A stretch of 64,000 nt of DNA from NCBI GenBank assembly GCA_044433065.1, contig JAWXUA010000001.1, positions 1,685-65,684 on the forward strand. Reading direction: 5' to 3'. A model generated the notes under the pieces. That model saw nothing but the letters and a program-made list of their open reading frames with translations, was not told where the DNA came from and did no database searches. Every line of letters begins with the position of its first letter. Within the stretch, counting starts at the first letter, position 1. Positions 1 through 8,523 of the stretch are shown one piece after another. The stretch is from Pseudomonadota bacterium (GTDB taxonomy: Bacteria > Desulfobacterota > Desulfovibrionia > Desulfovibrionales > Desulfovibrionaceae). The position numbers were made by a program, and so were the translations under genes.

Positions 1-2
1 CT

Positions 3-251
3 TTGGCTGGGACCATCTACCCTGCTTCCATGCCCAAGCTCATAGAACATTTGCCACCCTATTCCATTGGCTGTTCTTTAGGGATGGAATTTCTTAAAGC
101 TTTACCTGAACTTTCTGAGGCGAAAGCGGCAAATAAGGCAGATGTTATTGTCCAAGACGCTCTGCCAGAAGTCTCCTATCAGCTTTGTTGCCCACGTCGT
201 CCTCTTTCTCGAATTATCCTTGCCATGAGAGAAAACGAACCGCTATTCTAG
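3..251 (+). CDS. 3-prime end of an unidentified protein-coding gene that starts upstream of the window
   Basis: The open frame runs from the window edge to a stop at 249-251. No motif was recognised. Confidence 0.3.
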   Translation: MAGTIYPASMPKLIEHLPPYSIGCSLGMEFLKALPELSEAKAANKADVIVQDALPEVSYQLCCPRRPLSRIILAMRENEPLF

Positions 252-299
252 CATTGTTTGGCCCTTTGGCCCGACAATTTTAGGAAAGTGAGGTTCGCT

Positions 300-1169
300 A
301 TGAATTTGACCAATGATGGGGCTGGCACATGGTTTAGTAATGCTGGAACTCTTGGCACTGTGGGGCTTGTAGGTGCGCTCATATGCGCTTTGCTGGCCAT
401 TATGTTCTTGATTAAGCAATATAAGGGACAAGCCAAAGCATCTACAATGACACGGCTTTTTCTGATTTTAGCTCTTATCTTTTTGCTCGTTGCACGTTTT
501 GCGCCGCAAGAAAATATGGTTCTATCAGAAATGCACGGCACGACTGCTCAAAACATGGGACAAAGCATGGCCCAAAGTATGGAGCAGAGTCTAGAGCATG
601 AGGCTGAGGCGTTACTAAGCAAAGCTCAGGAAGAAATGAACCATGCAGCCTCCTTCATTGAAGATGGTTTAGACAGTCTTGTACACGAAGATAATCTGGA
701 ATTACAAAGTCTTGAGGATGATTTTGAAGCGGAGATAAATCAAAGCGAAGCGGAGCTTAACGAAGGTTTGCATGGCGGTATTGAGGCGGAAACTGATCAG
801 GCTATCAATGAGATTGATAGTGCCTTTGATGATCTGCTTACTCCGTACATGGCAAGTGGCCCATACATGACAAGCGGTGCAGGCAGCGTTGAAGGCGAAG
901 CTGTGGCCAGCATGGACATGTATGCCTTGAATGCCGCAAAGTCTGTGGACGGTGTGCATGCTGCCCAGTGGAACGCCAGCATGTTGCCAGATTTACAGCT
1001 TGATGTTGTAGCCGATGTGACGCCAGAAAGTGCCATCCCTCTGATGAATACCTTGTGCACCACCTTGTCCGATAATACCACACAACCAGTCACCGTATCC
1101 GTCAAAGACCTTGAGGGTGGACATATTGCACGGCAGATGTGCGGCGTCCTCACGCAAGGTGTGGACTAG
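300..1169 (+). CDS. Membrane-anchored acidic protein of unknown function, with two N-terminal hydrophobic segments followed by a Glu/Asp-rich helical region
   Basis: ATG at 300 is preceded by GAGG at 290-293. TM-like segments are VGLVGALICALLAIMFLI and LFLILALIFLLVARF. These are followed by an EEMNHAASFIEDGLDSLVHEDNLELQSLEDDFEAEINQSEAELNE type acidic stretch. An intrinsic terminator follows. The ORF track starts earlier, at 258. Confidence 0.6.
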   Translation: MNLTNDGAGTWFSNAGTLGTVGLVGALICALLAIMFLIKQYKGQAKASTMTRLFLILALIFLLVARFAPQENMVLSEMHGTTAQNMGQSMAQSMEQSLEHEAEALLSKAQEEMNHAASFIEDGLDSLVHEDNLELQSLEDDFEAEINQSEAELNEGLHGGIEAETDQAINEIDSAFDDLLTPYMASGPYMTSGAGSVEGEAVASMDMYALNAAKSVDGVHAAQWNASMLPDLQLDVVADVTPESAIPLMNTLCTTLSDNTTQPVTVSVKDLEGGHIARQMCGVLTQGVD

Positions 1170-1222
1170 TTTTCCAGCATCTTTGTTTTTGCCTTCAAGC
1201 TTTCCCCCATAGACCAACAAAA

Positions 1223-1261
1223 AAAGCATGGCTTTCTTCATTGAAAGCCATGCTTTTTTTA
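1223..1261. terminator. Bidirectional rho-independent terminator
   Basis: A 13-bp perfect stem (aaagcatggcttt / aaagccatgcttt) is flanked by an A-run upstream and a T-run downstream. Confidence 0.75.
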
Positions 1262-1389
1262 TGCTTTTTAACATACGTTCTAGGTATGTCGTCAAACTAC
1301 AACTAAGTACAACTTTTCCCCCCATGCGCCGTAAACGTTCTTAAAAAACGTTACCCACATCGCAAATAAAAGTCTTTGAAAGGGATGGG

Positions 1390-1456
1390 GGTCTGGGGGA
1401 AGGGCAAACTTTCTCCAGAACGTTTGCCCTTCCTCCAGTCTAACTAGCCCCAGACC
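1390..1456 (-). terminator. Nested double hairpin at the 3-prime end of the candidate effector gene, with no U-tract
   Basis: The outer stem is ggtctgggg (1390-1398) / ccccagacc (1448-1456). The inner stem is gaagggcaaac (1399-1409) / gtttgcccttc (1422-1432). The structure overlaps the stop codon at 1456-1458. Confidence 0.3.
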
Positions 1457-2973
1457 TACGCGGCCTTAGGGTCCGTTCCATGGTAGAAATTCAATTCATT
1501 CAAGGTACTTGTACCATCAGCATGGACATCGTACTGGAAGCCACCAGCGAGGGCATGCCCTTCTGGACGGGTGAACGTCATGCGAATGTCGCCATTCTCT
1601 TGCTTGGCCACGTCGATATTCATGGCAGCGTGTTCAGACTTAGGCGCACCTGTGAAGGACGAAAGGTTACGCATAAGTGCCAAGCCTGATTGGCTCATGG
1701 CGTACATGACAGAGACAGCCTGCTTACCGTTGCCGCACATCTGGGTAACTTCATGCTTAATAGCCGAAGTGATGGAGCTCTTTTCACCAGATTTGTAGGC
1801 AGTCACATCATCTTCCTGCATCTTGCTGGTATCATTGACGTCAATGGTTGTGGTCGAGCCAGCACCACTAAAGCTGAAATTGGAGTGTGCGCCGCCATCT
1901 TCTAAGCCCATGCGCTTTAAGTCAACGCCAAGCTGCACTTCCGCAGTATCAACAGTGCCGTTGGTGGCCCCGTTGCCAAGAGTTGGCAAGCTGAAGCATG
2001 CATCCTTGGTTACAGCACCGTTATTCATTTCAAGTTCAATGGCTGCGTCATATTTCATGCCAACTACTAAGCCCATGGCAGACAATACCGTAGCACCCTT
2101 GTCTTCCAAATCCTGAAAAATCGCGTCCTCAAGCTGTTTACCCATGTGGGATAAAGGATCCCCAAACTTTGGAGGCATTTCTTTATCTCCCATGCAGGCA
2201 TTCCACACAGTATCAGGACGCAATGCCCCATTAGGCTGTGCTTCGCGCATGGTGTCCAGTTTTTCTAATATCAGGGACATACCGGGCTGCGATTCTGCAT
2301 TGTGTCCACCAGATGTTGCCATAAGGATGGCCATATCCTCTTTATTGTGTTCTGGGATACGCGCCGATATATCGGTATAATGTTGCAATCCAGCATCATT
2401 TTTCAAGGCTTCATAGTTTGTCTTGCAGGTATCGACGATGGTAGCAACGTGCTCACGGATAGCTGCTGGCGTGATAATCTTGTCGGCAGTATTGCTCGCC
2501 ATGTTCGTGACAGAAGCCTTTAATGCGCTCACAAAGGTATCTTTCTGCCCTTCTGGAAGGCCAGTCTCAGCAAAGCCGGCATCTGCTTGCTGTTCAAAGT
2601 CAGCACCCGTCATATAGGATTCAGCCATGGGGCCATTCAATCTGAGCAATTCATTCTTTGTGGTAATAGCCTCATTTAAAACACTGCGTATGGTCCCAGC
2701 ATTTAAGGCTTTTCCCGAAGACCGAAGATTGTCGAGGCGCGCTCCAGCCATATCACCAATTTGCTGACCATACTTTGCTGTAATGGCTTGGTGAAACTTA
2801 TCGATGGTTGCTTGTCTGTCTACCTTGTCTGAGAAAAAGGCTTTAACAGAACCCATCTGCTGATTACCTTTCATGACAACGCGTGAGCTATCAGAACCAG
2901 CGTTATTAACAGCCCTTGTGAATTGGTTCAGCGTTTGTGTCGCCTGTGTTTGATTCATCCCACCTACGCTCAT
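1456..2973 (-). CDS. 505-aa protein with no recognisable domain; candidate type III secreted effector
   Basis: The long ORF has an ATG at 2973 preceded by AAGGGAG. The N-terminus MSVGGMNQTQATQTLNQFTRAVNNAGS is S/T/N/Q-rich with no acidic residues. It lies directly downstream of a CesT-like chaperone gene on the same strand. The ORF track starts earlier, at 3033. Confidence 0.5.
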   Translation of the reverse strand: MSVGGMNQTQATQTLNQFTRAVNNAGSDSSRVVMKGNQQMGSVKAFFSDKVDRQATIDKFHQAITAKYGQQIGDMAGARLDNLRSSGKALNAGTIRSVLNEAITTKNELLRLNGPMAESYMTGADFEQQADAGFAETGLPEGQKDTFVSALKASVTNMASNTADKIITPAAIREHVATIVDTCKTNYEALKNDAGLQHYTDISARIPEHNKEDMAILMATSGGHNAESQPGMSLILEKLDTMREAQPNGALRPDTVWNACMGDKEMPPKFGDPLSHMGKQLEDAIFQDLEDKGATVLSAMGLVVGMKYDAAIELEMNNGAVTKDACFSLPTLGNGATNGTVDTAEVQLGVDLKRMGLEDGGAHSNFSFSGAGSTTTIDVNDTSKMQEDDVTAYKSGEKSSITSAIKHEVTQMCGNGKQAVSVMYAMSQSGLALMRNLSSFTGAPKSEHAAMNIDVAKQENGDIRMTFTRPEGHALAGGFQYDVHADGTSTLNELNFYHGTDPKAA

Positions 2974-3097
2974 GGTAACTCCCTTATGCTCAACGAAGAT
3001 TATACGATAGCCAACAAGCTTGGCATTATGCAACGACGTGCAATAAAGTTGGCAGATGCAAACAAAATTGGCACCTTTATGTGTACTCTGTAGTCAC

Positions 3098-3113
3098 TGC
3101 AAATACAATGCCA
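3098..3113 (-). promoter_or_regulatory. Sigma-54 (-24/-12) promoter candidate in front of the effector gene
   Basis: The minus strand reads TGGCATTGTATTTGCA. It has GG-N10-GC spacing and matches 10 of the 11 defined positions of TGGCAC-N5-TTGCA. Confidence 0.55.
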
Positions 3114-3130
3114 GATTGCCAAGTATGCAA

Positions 3131-3616
3131 CTAAATTCTAATCATGTGCTGCATGAGGAAAGCTTCGTGCTCACTTGCGCTTAAAGGTCCTGGCTCGTTT
3201 GTGCCTTCAGTAAGCTCAGCACAGCGGACGGTCCAATGCTCAGCAACACGCACAAAATTTTCTACAACATGAATTATTTTCTCCACGTCGAGGGTGCGCA
3301 TGGGCAGAATAATTTGCAAAAGAACCATGCCAAGCTCTTTACTGATGGACAGCGTTGCACCAGCCGTCTCCACATAGAAGGCTTGACCTTCGAGAAGAGC
3401 TTCGTAGTAGGCCTTCATGGTCGCATCATCGGCATGGTCTGGCAAATCAGCCACAGCGGCATACATCAAAATTTGATCTGGTTCTTCAAGATATTTCAAG
3501 GTAATCAAGGTATCTTCTATGCCCAACATGGCATAGCTTTCATCCTCAATGCGTAATTCGCCCATTTCCAAGCGTTGGCCAAAACCTTGAAGCAGATTAG
3601 AAAATGCATTGGACAT
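3131..3616 (-). CDS. CesT/SycE-like class I type III secretion chaperone (161 aa, acidic)
   Basis: The family call rests on the layout of these segments: LLQGFGQRLEMGEL, IEDESYAMLGIEDTLITLKY, ILMYAAVADLP, YEALLEGQAFYVETAGATLSISKELGMVLLQ and FVRVAEHW. RBS AAGGAG lies 5 nt upstream of the ATG at 3616. Confidence 0.6.
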   Translation of the reverse strand: MSNAFSNLLQGFGQRLEMGELRIEDESYAMLGIEDTLITLKYLEEPDQILMYAAVADLPDHADDATMKAYYEALLEGQAFYVETAGATLSISKELGMVLLQIILPMRTLDVEKIIHVVENFVRVAEHWTVRCAELTEGTNEPGPLSASEHEAFLMQHMIRI

Positions 3617-3639
3617 AAAGACTCCTTATAAAAATTTCT

Positions 3640-3673
3640 AAAAAAAGCCATACTCCAAATAAGAAGTATAGCC
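3640..3673 (-). terminator. Rho-independent terminator after yccF
   Basis: On the minus strand, ggcuauacu / aguauggcu forms a 9-bp stem with two G-U pairs, followed by U7. Confidence 0.55.
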
Positions 3674-3684
3674 ATTAATTTCAA

Positions 3685-4146
3685 TTAGTTACCATTTCTC
3701 ATATTGAACACAGCGCGTTCAGCATTGGCTTTCATAGCAGCTTCAGCAACTTCAACGGGCACAACAGTCTTGCCAACTGGTGCAAGGGCGATGCCTGCGA
3801 GCTTTAAATGTTGCCATGCAAAAGGAATACCAATAATCGTAATGGCGCAACAGATTGCGGAACCAACGTGGCCAAGAGCAAGCCAGATACCGGCAAAGAT
3901 AAACCAAATTATATTGCCAATGGTCCCAAGTGTGCCAGTGCCAATGTCCTCTACGCCAGTGAGCTCATCCCTGCTTATGGCAACCTTCCCAAAGGGAAAA
4001 AACGAAAAGGCACCCATGACAAAGCACGCCTTCGCCCATGGAATGCCGATAATAGTAATAAAAGCAAAGACGCCTGTAATCCACCACGCTAAGCCCATGA
4101 AAAAACCACCAAAAATAAACCAAAAGACGTTACCAAGCAGACTCAT
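3685..4146 (-). CDS. yccF: YccF-family inner membrane protein
   Basis: Duplicated IIGIP motifs (ITIIGIPWAKACF and ITIIGIPFAWQHLKLAGIALAPVGK) give close overall resemblance to E. coli YccF. ATG at 4146 has AGGAGG upstream. The ORF track starts earlier, at 4221. Confidence 0.85.
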   Translation of the reverse strand: MSLLGNVFWFIFGGFFMGLAWWITGVFAFITIIGIPWAKACFVMGAFSFFPFGKVAISRDELTGVEDIGTGTLGTIGNIIWFIFAGIWLALGHVGSAICCAITIIGIPFAWQHLKLAGIALAPVGKTVVPVEVAEAAMKANAERAVFNMRNGN

Positions 4147-4230
4147 GAGACCTCCTGTTGGACTTTTGTTTTGTGGTTGGGGAAGGAAATTTTTGAAAAA
4201 GTTTCCTTCCCCAGTCATCATAATCTTGCC

Positions 4231-6213
4231 CTAACTAACCTTGCTGCCGGCATCGACGGGACCAGAGACTGCTACGAGCTCCATGCCTTCGCCTTGGCGC
4301 ACGGCAAGGATCATGCCTTGGGACTCGAGTCCGCGGAGTTTACGTGGTGCGAGGTTGGCGACGACAGCTACTTGACGTCCGACGAGCTGTTCGGGTTCAA
4401 AGTAGGCTGCGAGTCCTGCGACGATTTGACGAGGCTTTTCTTCACCGAGATCCACTTCAACGCGGAGTAACTTGTCTGCATTGGGGTGACGTTCTGCGAC
4501 GAGGACGGTGCCCATGCGGATGTCGACCTTTTGGAAATCGGTGAAGTCGATGAATGCTGGCTCTTCTGGGTTAGCAGGTGGAGCTGCATCTGTTTTGGTC
4601 ACAGGGGCCGCATCAGCAGGAGCGGCCTTTTTCTTTTCTTTTTTAGGCTTTTGGGGCTTTTCTGGTGCTTCTTCCTTGGCGATTTCTACGCGTGGGAAGA
4701 GGTTAGATGCTGCGGCAACGGTTGTGCCAGCTTGCAGAGCACCCCACATGGCACCCTCTTCACGAAGGTTTACGGTATTGGGATCAAATTCAATGCCGAG
4801 CTGAGCGAGCATGGCGACGGAAGAGTCGGGCATGACTGGCCAGAGATGGACGGCAACTTTGCGCATGCTTTCGAGAAGCACGTACATGACTGTGCCGAGG
4901 CGAGCGGTATCGCCTTGCTTGAAGAGGGTCCATGGTGCGGCTGAGTCAACGTATTTATTGAGTGCACGCACAAGTTCCCAAAGGGATTCAAGGGCATTGG
5001 AGAAACGTACGCGGTCGAAAAGCTCGCAGAAATTGCGCTGTGCATCGGTGGCTAACTGGCGGATGGCGTCGTCAGCTTCGGTATAGTCAGCAGGTGCAGG
5101 AATGACACCGTCAAAGTATTTGGCGGTCATGGAGAGCACACGGCTGTAGAGATTGCCAAGGTCGTTAGCAAGGTCTGCGTTGAGGCGCATGACGAGAGCT
5201 TCTTCGGAGAAGGAAGCGTCGCTACCAAAGTGCATTTCACGCAAGAGGAAGTAGCGGAAAGCACTGAGGCCGTAGCGGTCAATCATGTCTAGCGGCTCAA
5301 TAACGTTGCCAAGAGACTTGGACATTTTGGTGTCGCGCACAAGCCAGTAGCCGTGTACATTGAGGTGATTGTAAGGCTCAAGACCTGCGGCTTTGAGCAT
5401 GGTTGGCCAGAAAATGGCGTGCGGCTTCAAGATATCCTTGGCTACAAGGTGCTGAACACCAGGCCAGTAGGTGGCAAAGCCTTCACCGTTGGGCCAGTCT
5501 TGAGCTGAAATGTAGTTAATGAGCGCATCAAACCATACATAGCTGACGTAATCGGTATCAAATGGAAGCTCAACGCCCCAAGTAAGACGGGACTTAGGAC
5601 GGGAGATGCAAAGGTCTTCCAATGCACCGCTTTCGAGCATGGAAAGAACTTCGTTGCGGTAACGTTCTGGACGGATGTAATCTGGGTTGTCGAGAATGTA
5701 TTGCTTGAGCCAGTCTTGGTACTTTGACATGCGGAAAAAGTAATTCTTTTCAGCAATGTATTCTGGTTTAACTTGGTGCTGTGGGCAAAGACCGTTTTCC
5801 AGTTCTTTTTCAGTGTAAAAACGTTCACAACCTGTGCAATAGTGACCACCATATTCACCAAAATAGATATCACCATTGTCGTAGACGCGTTGCATGAACT
5901 CTTGCACAATCTTTTTGTGCTTTTCATCAGTGGTGCGGATAAATTGATCATTGCTTGCGCCAAGGTGTGGCAAGAGATTGCGGAATTGCGTGCTTACTCC
6001 ATCAACAAATTCTTGAGGAGAAATACCTGCTTTTTCAGCGGCTTGAACAATTTTATCGCCGTGTTCATCGGTGCCTGTCAAGAAGTAGGTTTCTTTACCA
6101 AGCAGGCTGTGGAAGCGGCGCATGGTGTCTGCTACAATGGTTGTATAGGCGTGTCCAAGGTGTGGACGGGCATTTACGTAGTAAATTGGGGTGGTTATAA
6201 AGAAGCTATCCAT
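4231..6213 (-). CDS. metG: Methionyl-tRNA synthetase with a C-terminal tRNA-binding domain
   Basis: HIGH-type motif PHLGHAYT, KMSKS motif, a CxxC...CPQH zinc knuckle, and a C-terminal EMAP/Trbp111-like domain after a Lys-rich linker. Confidence 0.97.
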   Translation of the reverse strand: MDSFFITTPIYYVNARPHLGHAYTTIVADTMRRFHSLLGKETYFLTGTDEHGDKIVQAAEKAGISPQEFVDGVSTQFRNLLPHLGASNDQFIRTTDEKHKKIVQEFMQRVYDNGDIYFGEYGGHYCTGCERFYTEKELENGLCPQHQVKPEYIAEKNYFFRMSKYQDWLKQYILDNPDYIRPERYRNEVLSMLESGALEDLCISRPKSRLTWGVELPFDTDYVSYVWFDALINYISAQDWPNGEGFATYWPGVQHLVAKDILKPHAIFWPTMLKAAGLEPYNHLNVHGYWLVRDTKMSKSLGNVIEPLDMIDRYGLSAFRYFLLREMHFGSDASFSEEALVMRLNADLANDLGNLYSRVLSMTAKYFDGVIPAPADYTEADDAIRQLATDAQRNFCELFDRVRFSNALESLWELVRALNKYVDSAAPWTLFKQGDTARLGTVMYVLLESMRKVAVHLWPVMPDSSVAMLAQLGIEFDPNTVNLREEGAMWGALQAGTTVAAASNLFPRVEIAKEEAPEKPQKPKKEKKKAAPADAAPVTKTDAAPPANPEEPAFIDFTDFQKVDIRMGTVLVAERHPNADKLLRVEVDLGEEKPRQIVAGLAAYFEPEQLVGRQVAVVANLAPRKLRGLESQGMILAVRQGEGMELVAVSGPVDAGSKVS

Positions 6214-6240
6214 GATATATCCTTGTTGGTTTAGGACGAT

Positions 6241-8523
6241 TTATTCCATATCGTTGTCATCAAAAGCGTCGGTACAAGCGTCTGGAAAAGCATCAGTACT
6301 GTCTTGGCTGTAGGCTTCACCATTGGCACCATCGCGCGTTTTGCGGCGACGCTTGCGGCGGCCTCGCGATGTTTTGAGTGCTGAGGTGTCAGTACTTTTG
6401 ATGAGACGCTCGGACATGACAATGCTTGCGGGGGCTTGCTTGGCCGCGGCTTCTGCCACAGAAATGACGTCTGCGATGACGGTTGCAGCAATGGCCGCAG
6501 GGGACACAGGCTTGTCGGCTTGTGTTATGGAGCAAAGAGGCCCACCATCCATGCCTGCAAGGGATTGAACTAAGGCTGCTTGGCGTGCTCGCGTTGTGGG
6601 GATACCGTGTTCACTGACGCCGCTTGGTGGCTGATGAACACCGCTGAGGCTTGCCATGACTTGCTCTGCTACATGCACTGTGGCTTGAAGTGGCCTGTGT
6701 GACTCGTGGTCTGCTTTGAGGCTTTTGTCTGGATTTACGTCTGGATTTACGTCTGCGGTTACGTCTGCGGTTACGTCTGGGTTTATGCCGACGCTAGAAT
6801 CAGTCGTTTGTGACCCAGCCGTTTGTGGAACAGACATTTGTGCATCCGAGACCTGTGATGCTTGCACGGGCTGCGCCACAATAGAGCGTGTACCACGTGA
6901 ACCATTGGGGCCGCATTGACCGCACGTGCCGCATGTACCGGAACATCCTGCAGTCTGTGCATCTGGTGTGGTAGGAGTGCTCGCTGCTGAGGCCGATGAT
7001 GAGGCATCTGCTGGAGCTTTATCCCCTGCTCCCTTATCTGCGACAGCCTTGTCCGCTACAACCTTGTCTCCTACGACTTTGTCCGCTACAGCTTTGTCTC
7101 CTACGACCTTGTCTGGGCCAGCAGATTTATCACGACGGTTTGCGCGTGAAGCTTGCTGTCCTGAGTCTGGGCGCCGCACTTCCATCTCATGCCATTCTTC
7201 CAAAGGAATTTCGAGCTCTTCACCCGTCTCTGAATAGGCAATAAGACTGTTGCGGAACATATTGGCGCGCATGACCTTGATGGGGCCTTTGCTCGTCATG
7301 TATTTTTTGCCAAGTCGTGGACAGCGGCGGTGGAATTCTTCGTAGTTTTCTTGCTCGTAGCTAAGGCAACACAAAAGACGCCCACAAATGCCTGAAATTT
7401 TTGCAGGATTGAGGAATAAATTTTGCTCTTTGGCCATTTTAATGGTCACAGGGGCAAATTTACGTAAAAACCGACGGCAACAGCAGACCATGCCGCAATT
7501 ACCCACAGCACCAATCATCTGCGTTTCATGGCGCACGCCAATTTGACGCAATTCAATACGTGTGCGGTAATGCTTCACAAGGTCTTTGACCAGTTCACGG
7601 AAGTCAATGCGTGATGGTGCTGTGAAGTAGAAAATAAATTTGCTGAGGTCAAAGAAGACTTCCACATCCACAAGCTTCATATCTAAGTCGCGTATTTTAA
7701 TGCATTCTTTGCAATATGCGGAAGCTTCGCGGCTTAAGAGCTCATTGGACATGGCATGCTCAAGGTCATATTCCGTGGCAATGCGCAAGATGGGCCGCAA
7801 ATCATCAAAAGACAAAGGTTGGCTCGTGTCTTCTGGGGCTTGGTTATCGCTGCTATGCTCGCCTGCTGAGCCATCATAGGAGACCATACGGCCACTATAT
7901 ATATTGTTGCTATCAGCGCACTGCCCAGCTGCTTGGTCAGCTGCTTGCTCGAGGTCTTGCATGTCAGCGCTTGCTACAAGCACGCCGTCTGCATTCTCTT
8001 GCTCGTCATCCTGTGCGTTTACTGGAGATTGATACTCCATGAAGGCATTGTGGGAGTGGCTGCCAGGGGCAAGAGAACTGCTAGCAGCATCGTCATCCTG
8101 AGGTGTATCCAGTTCTACGCTTTCTGTTTCAAGAACTTGTGACGCAGCTTCGCTCTGCCTTAATGCTTGAGCCTTGGCCATGACAGCTGAGGCATAAGGA
8201 ATATCTGCAACGGTCAAATCTGCGTTGGGCACAACGACAGCGGACGTTATGGTATTGGTGATGAGTAAGGCTGTTGCTTCGCCATCATGACCAGCAAGTT
8301 CACTGATGCCTTTGAGCTCAGCTGAATTTTGCGTACCGTCTTGATTTGCTGATGACAAAATAGACGCAGGCAAAGTATCGCGAATAAGCACAACTTCGCC
8401 AATACCTTGACCTTGTTCTGTTTCAACAATGACGCGATTGCCGATGGCTGCTGCGCATTGCCCAGCAAGGAAATAATATATCTGTCCGTATTCACGGAAT
8501 TTAATGCCTAAAATTGTATTCAT
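6241..8523 (-). CDS. PSP1 C-terminal domain protein (YaaT/RicT-like), greatly expanded by low-complexity insertions
   Basis: The N-terminal ILGIKFREYGQIYYF...VIVETEQGQGIGEV segment and the PSP1 core (FYFTAPSRIDFRELVKDL, NCGMVCCCRRFL, ICGRLLCCLSYE) are present. ATG at 8523 is preferred over the TTG at 8532. It sits immediately upstream of metG. Confidence 0.85.
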   Translation of the reverse strand: MNTILGIKFREYGQIYYFLAGQCAAAIGNRVIVETEQGQGIGEVVLIRDTLPASILSSANQDGTQNSAELKGISELAGHDGEATALLITNTITSAVVVPNADLTVADIPYASAVMAKAQALRQSEAASQVLETESVELDTPQDDDAASSSLAPGSHSHNAFMEYQSPVNAQDDEQENADGVLVASADMQDLEQAADQAAGQCADSNNIYSGRMVSYDGSAGEHSSDNQAPEDTSQPLSFDDLRPILRIATEYDLEHAMSNELLSREASAYCKECIKIRDLDMKLVDVEVFFDLSKFIFYFTAPSRIDFRELVKDLVKHYRTRIELRQIGVRHETQMIGAVGNCGMVCCCRRFLRKFAPVTIKMAKEQNLFLNPAKISGICGRLLCCLSYEQENYEEFHRRCPRLGKKYMTSKGPIKVMRANMFRNSLIAYSETGEELEIPLEEWHEMEVRRPDSGQQASRANRRDKSAGPDKVVGDKAVADKVVGDKVVADKAVADKGAGDKAPADASSSASAASTPTTPDAQTAGCSGTCGTCGQCGPNGSRGTRSIVAQPVQASQVSDAQMSVPQTAGSQTTDSSVGINPDVTADVTADVNPDVNPDKSLKADHESHRPLQATVHVAEQVMASLSGVHQPPSGVSEHGIPTTRARQAALVQSLAGMDGGPLCSITQADKPVSPAAIAATVIADVISVAEAAAKQAPASIVMSERLIKSTDTSALKTSRGRRKRRRKTRDGANGEAYSQDSTDAFPDACTDAFDDNDME
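6727..6786 (-). repeat. Coding tandem repeat, 5 units of 12 bp
   Basis: The units are gtctggatttac x2, gtctgcggttac x2 and gtctgggtttat. They encode DVTADVTADVNPDVNPD in the PSP1-like tail. Confidence 0.9.
7033..7122 (-). repeat. Coding tandem repeat, 6 imperfect units of 15 bp
   Basis: Units of the form cttgtccgctacaac encode the DKVVG/DKAVA pentapeptide repeats of the PSP1-like tail. Confidence 0.9.

Noticed and set aside
6727-7122. Short tandem repeats as a CRISPR-like or intergenic VNTR array.
   Set aside because: The units are 12 and 15 bp, contiguous without spacers, in frame, and inside a long ORF. They encode peptide repeats.
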